Shown here one piece after another: positions 63,846 to 64,000 of a stretch of 64,000 nucleotides of DNA. Each line of letters begins with the position of its first letter. Position 1 is the first letter of the stretch. Under the pieces are notes generated by a model that searched no databases, had not been told where the DNA came from, and saw only the letters and a list, made by a program, of their open reading frames with translations. The stretch comes from the human T2T-CHM13v2.0 reference genome, Homo sapiens. The stretch lies in NCBI RefSeq assembly GCF_009914755.1, contig NC_060944.1; one strand, 5' to 3'. Position numbers and translations under genes: made by a program.

Positions 63846-64000
63846 GATCTGATTTCTTAAGGTGAGGCAAAGGTAGAGAGAATAAAAACTAGTTGAGCTA
63901 ATTTAAAGAATATTAAATAACAGTAGCCAGGTGGGACATTTGGCAAAGTGGGACTTTCACCTCCCATGAGGCATTTGATGTTCCTCACACTTCATCGGGG

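Overview
Primate (almost certainly human) intergenic DNA with no supportable protein-coding gene; the listed ORFs are Alu, L1, microsatellite or chance ORFs. The one gene-derived feature is a processed pseudogene of glutaredoxin-1 (GLRX) on the minus strand (~17937-19344), with two nonsense codons, a +1 frameshift, a CPYC->CRYC change and a poly(A) remnant. It shares a single 17-bp target-site duplication with an adjacent AluJ. From memory this fits GLRXP1 on chr20q11.2, which I could not verify. The rest is about 35 Alus, old L1/L2/MIR, MaLR/ERVL/ERV1 solo LTRs, hAT DNA-transposon fossils (MER1B, MER53) and microsatellites. The most notable non-repeat signals are a tandem pair of REST/NRSF RE1 sites (~43249-43297) inside a ~15.7-kb Alu-free stretch, a small CpG-rich homeobox-motif element (~14300-14720), RFX palindromes and several enhancer-like blocks. 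I see no evidence of a new biological system. Repeat boundaries were read by eye and are approximate, and subfamily names are from recalled consensus sequences.
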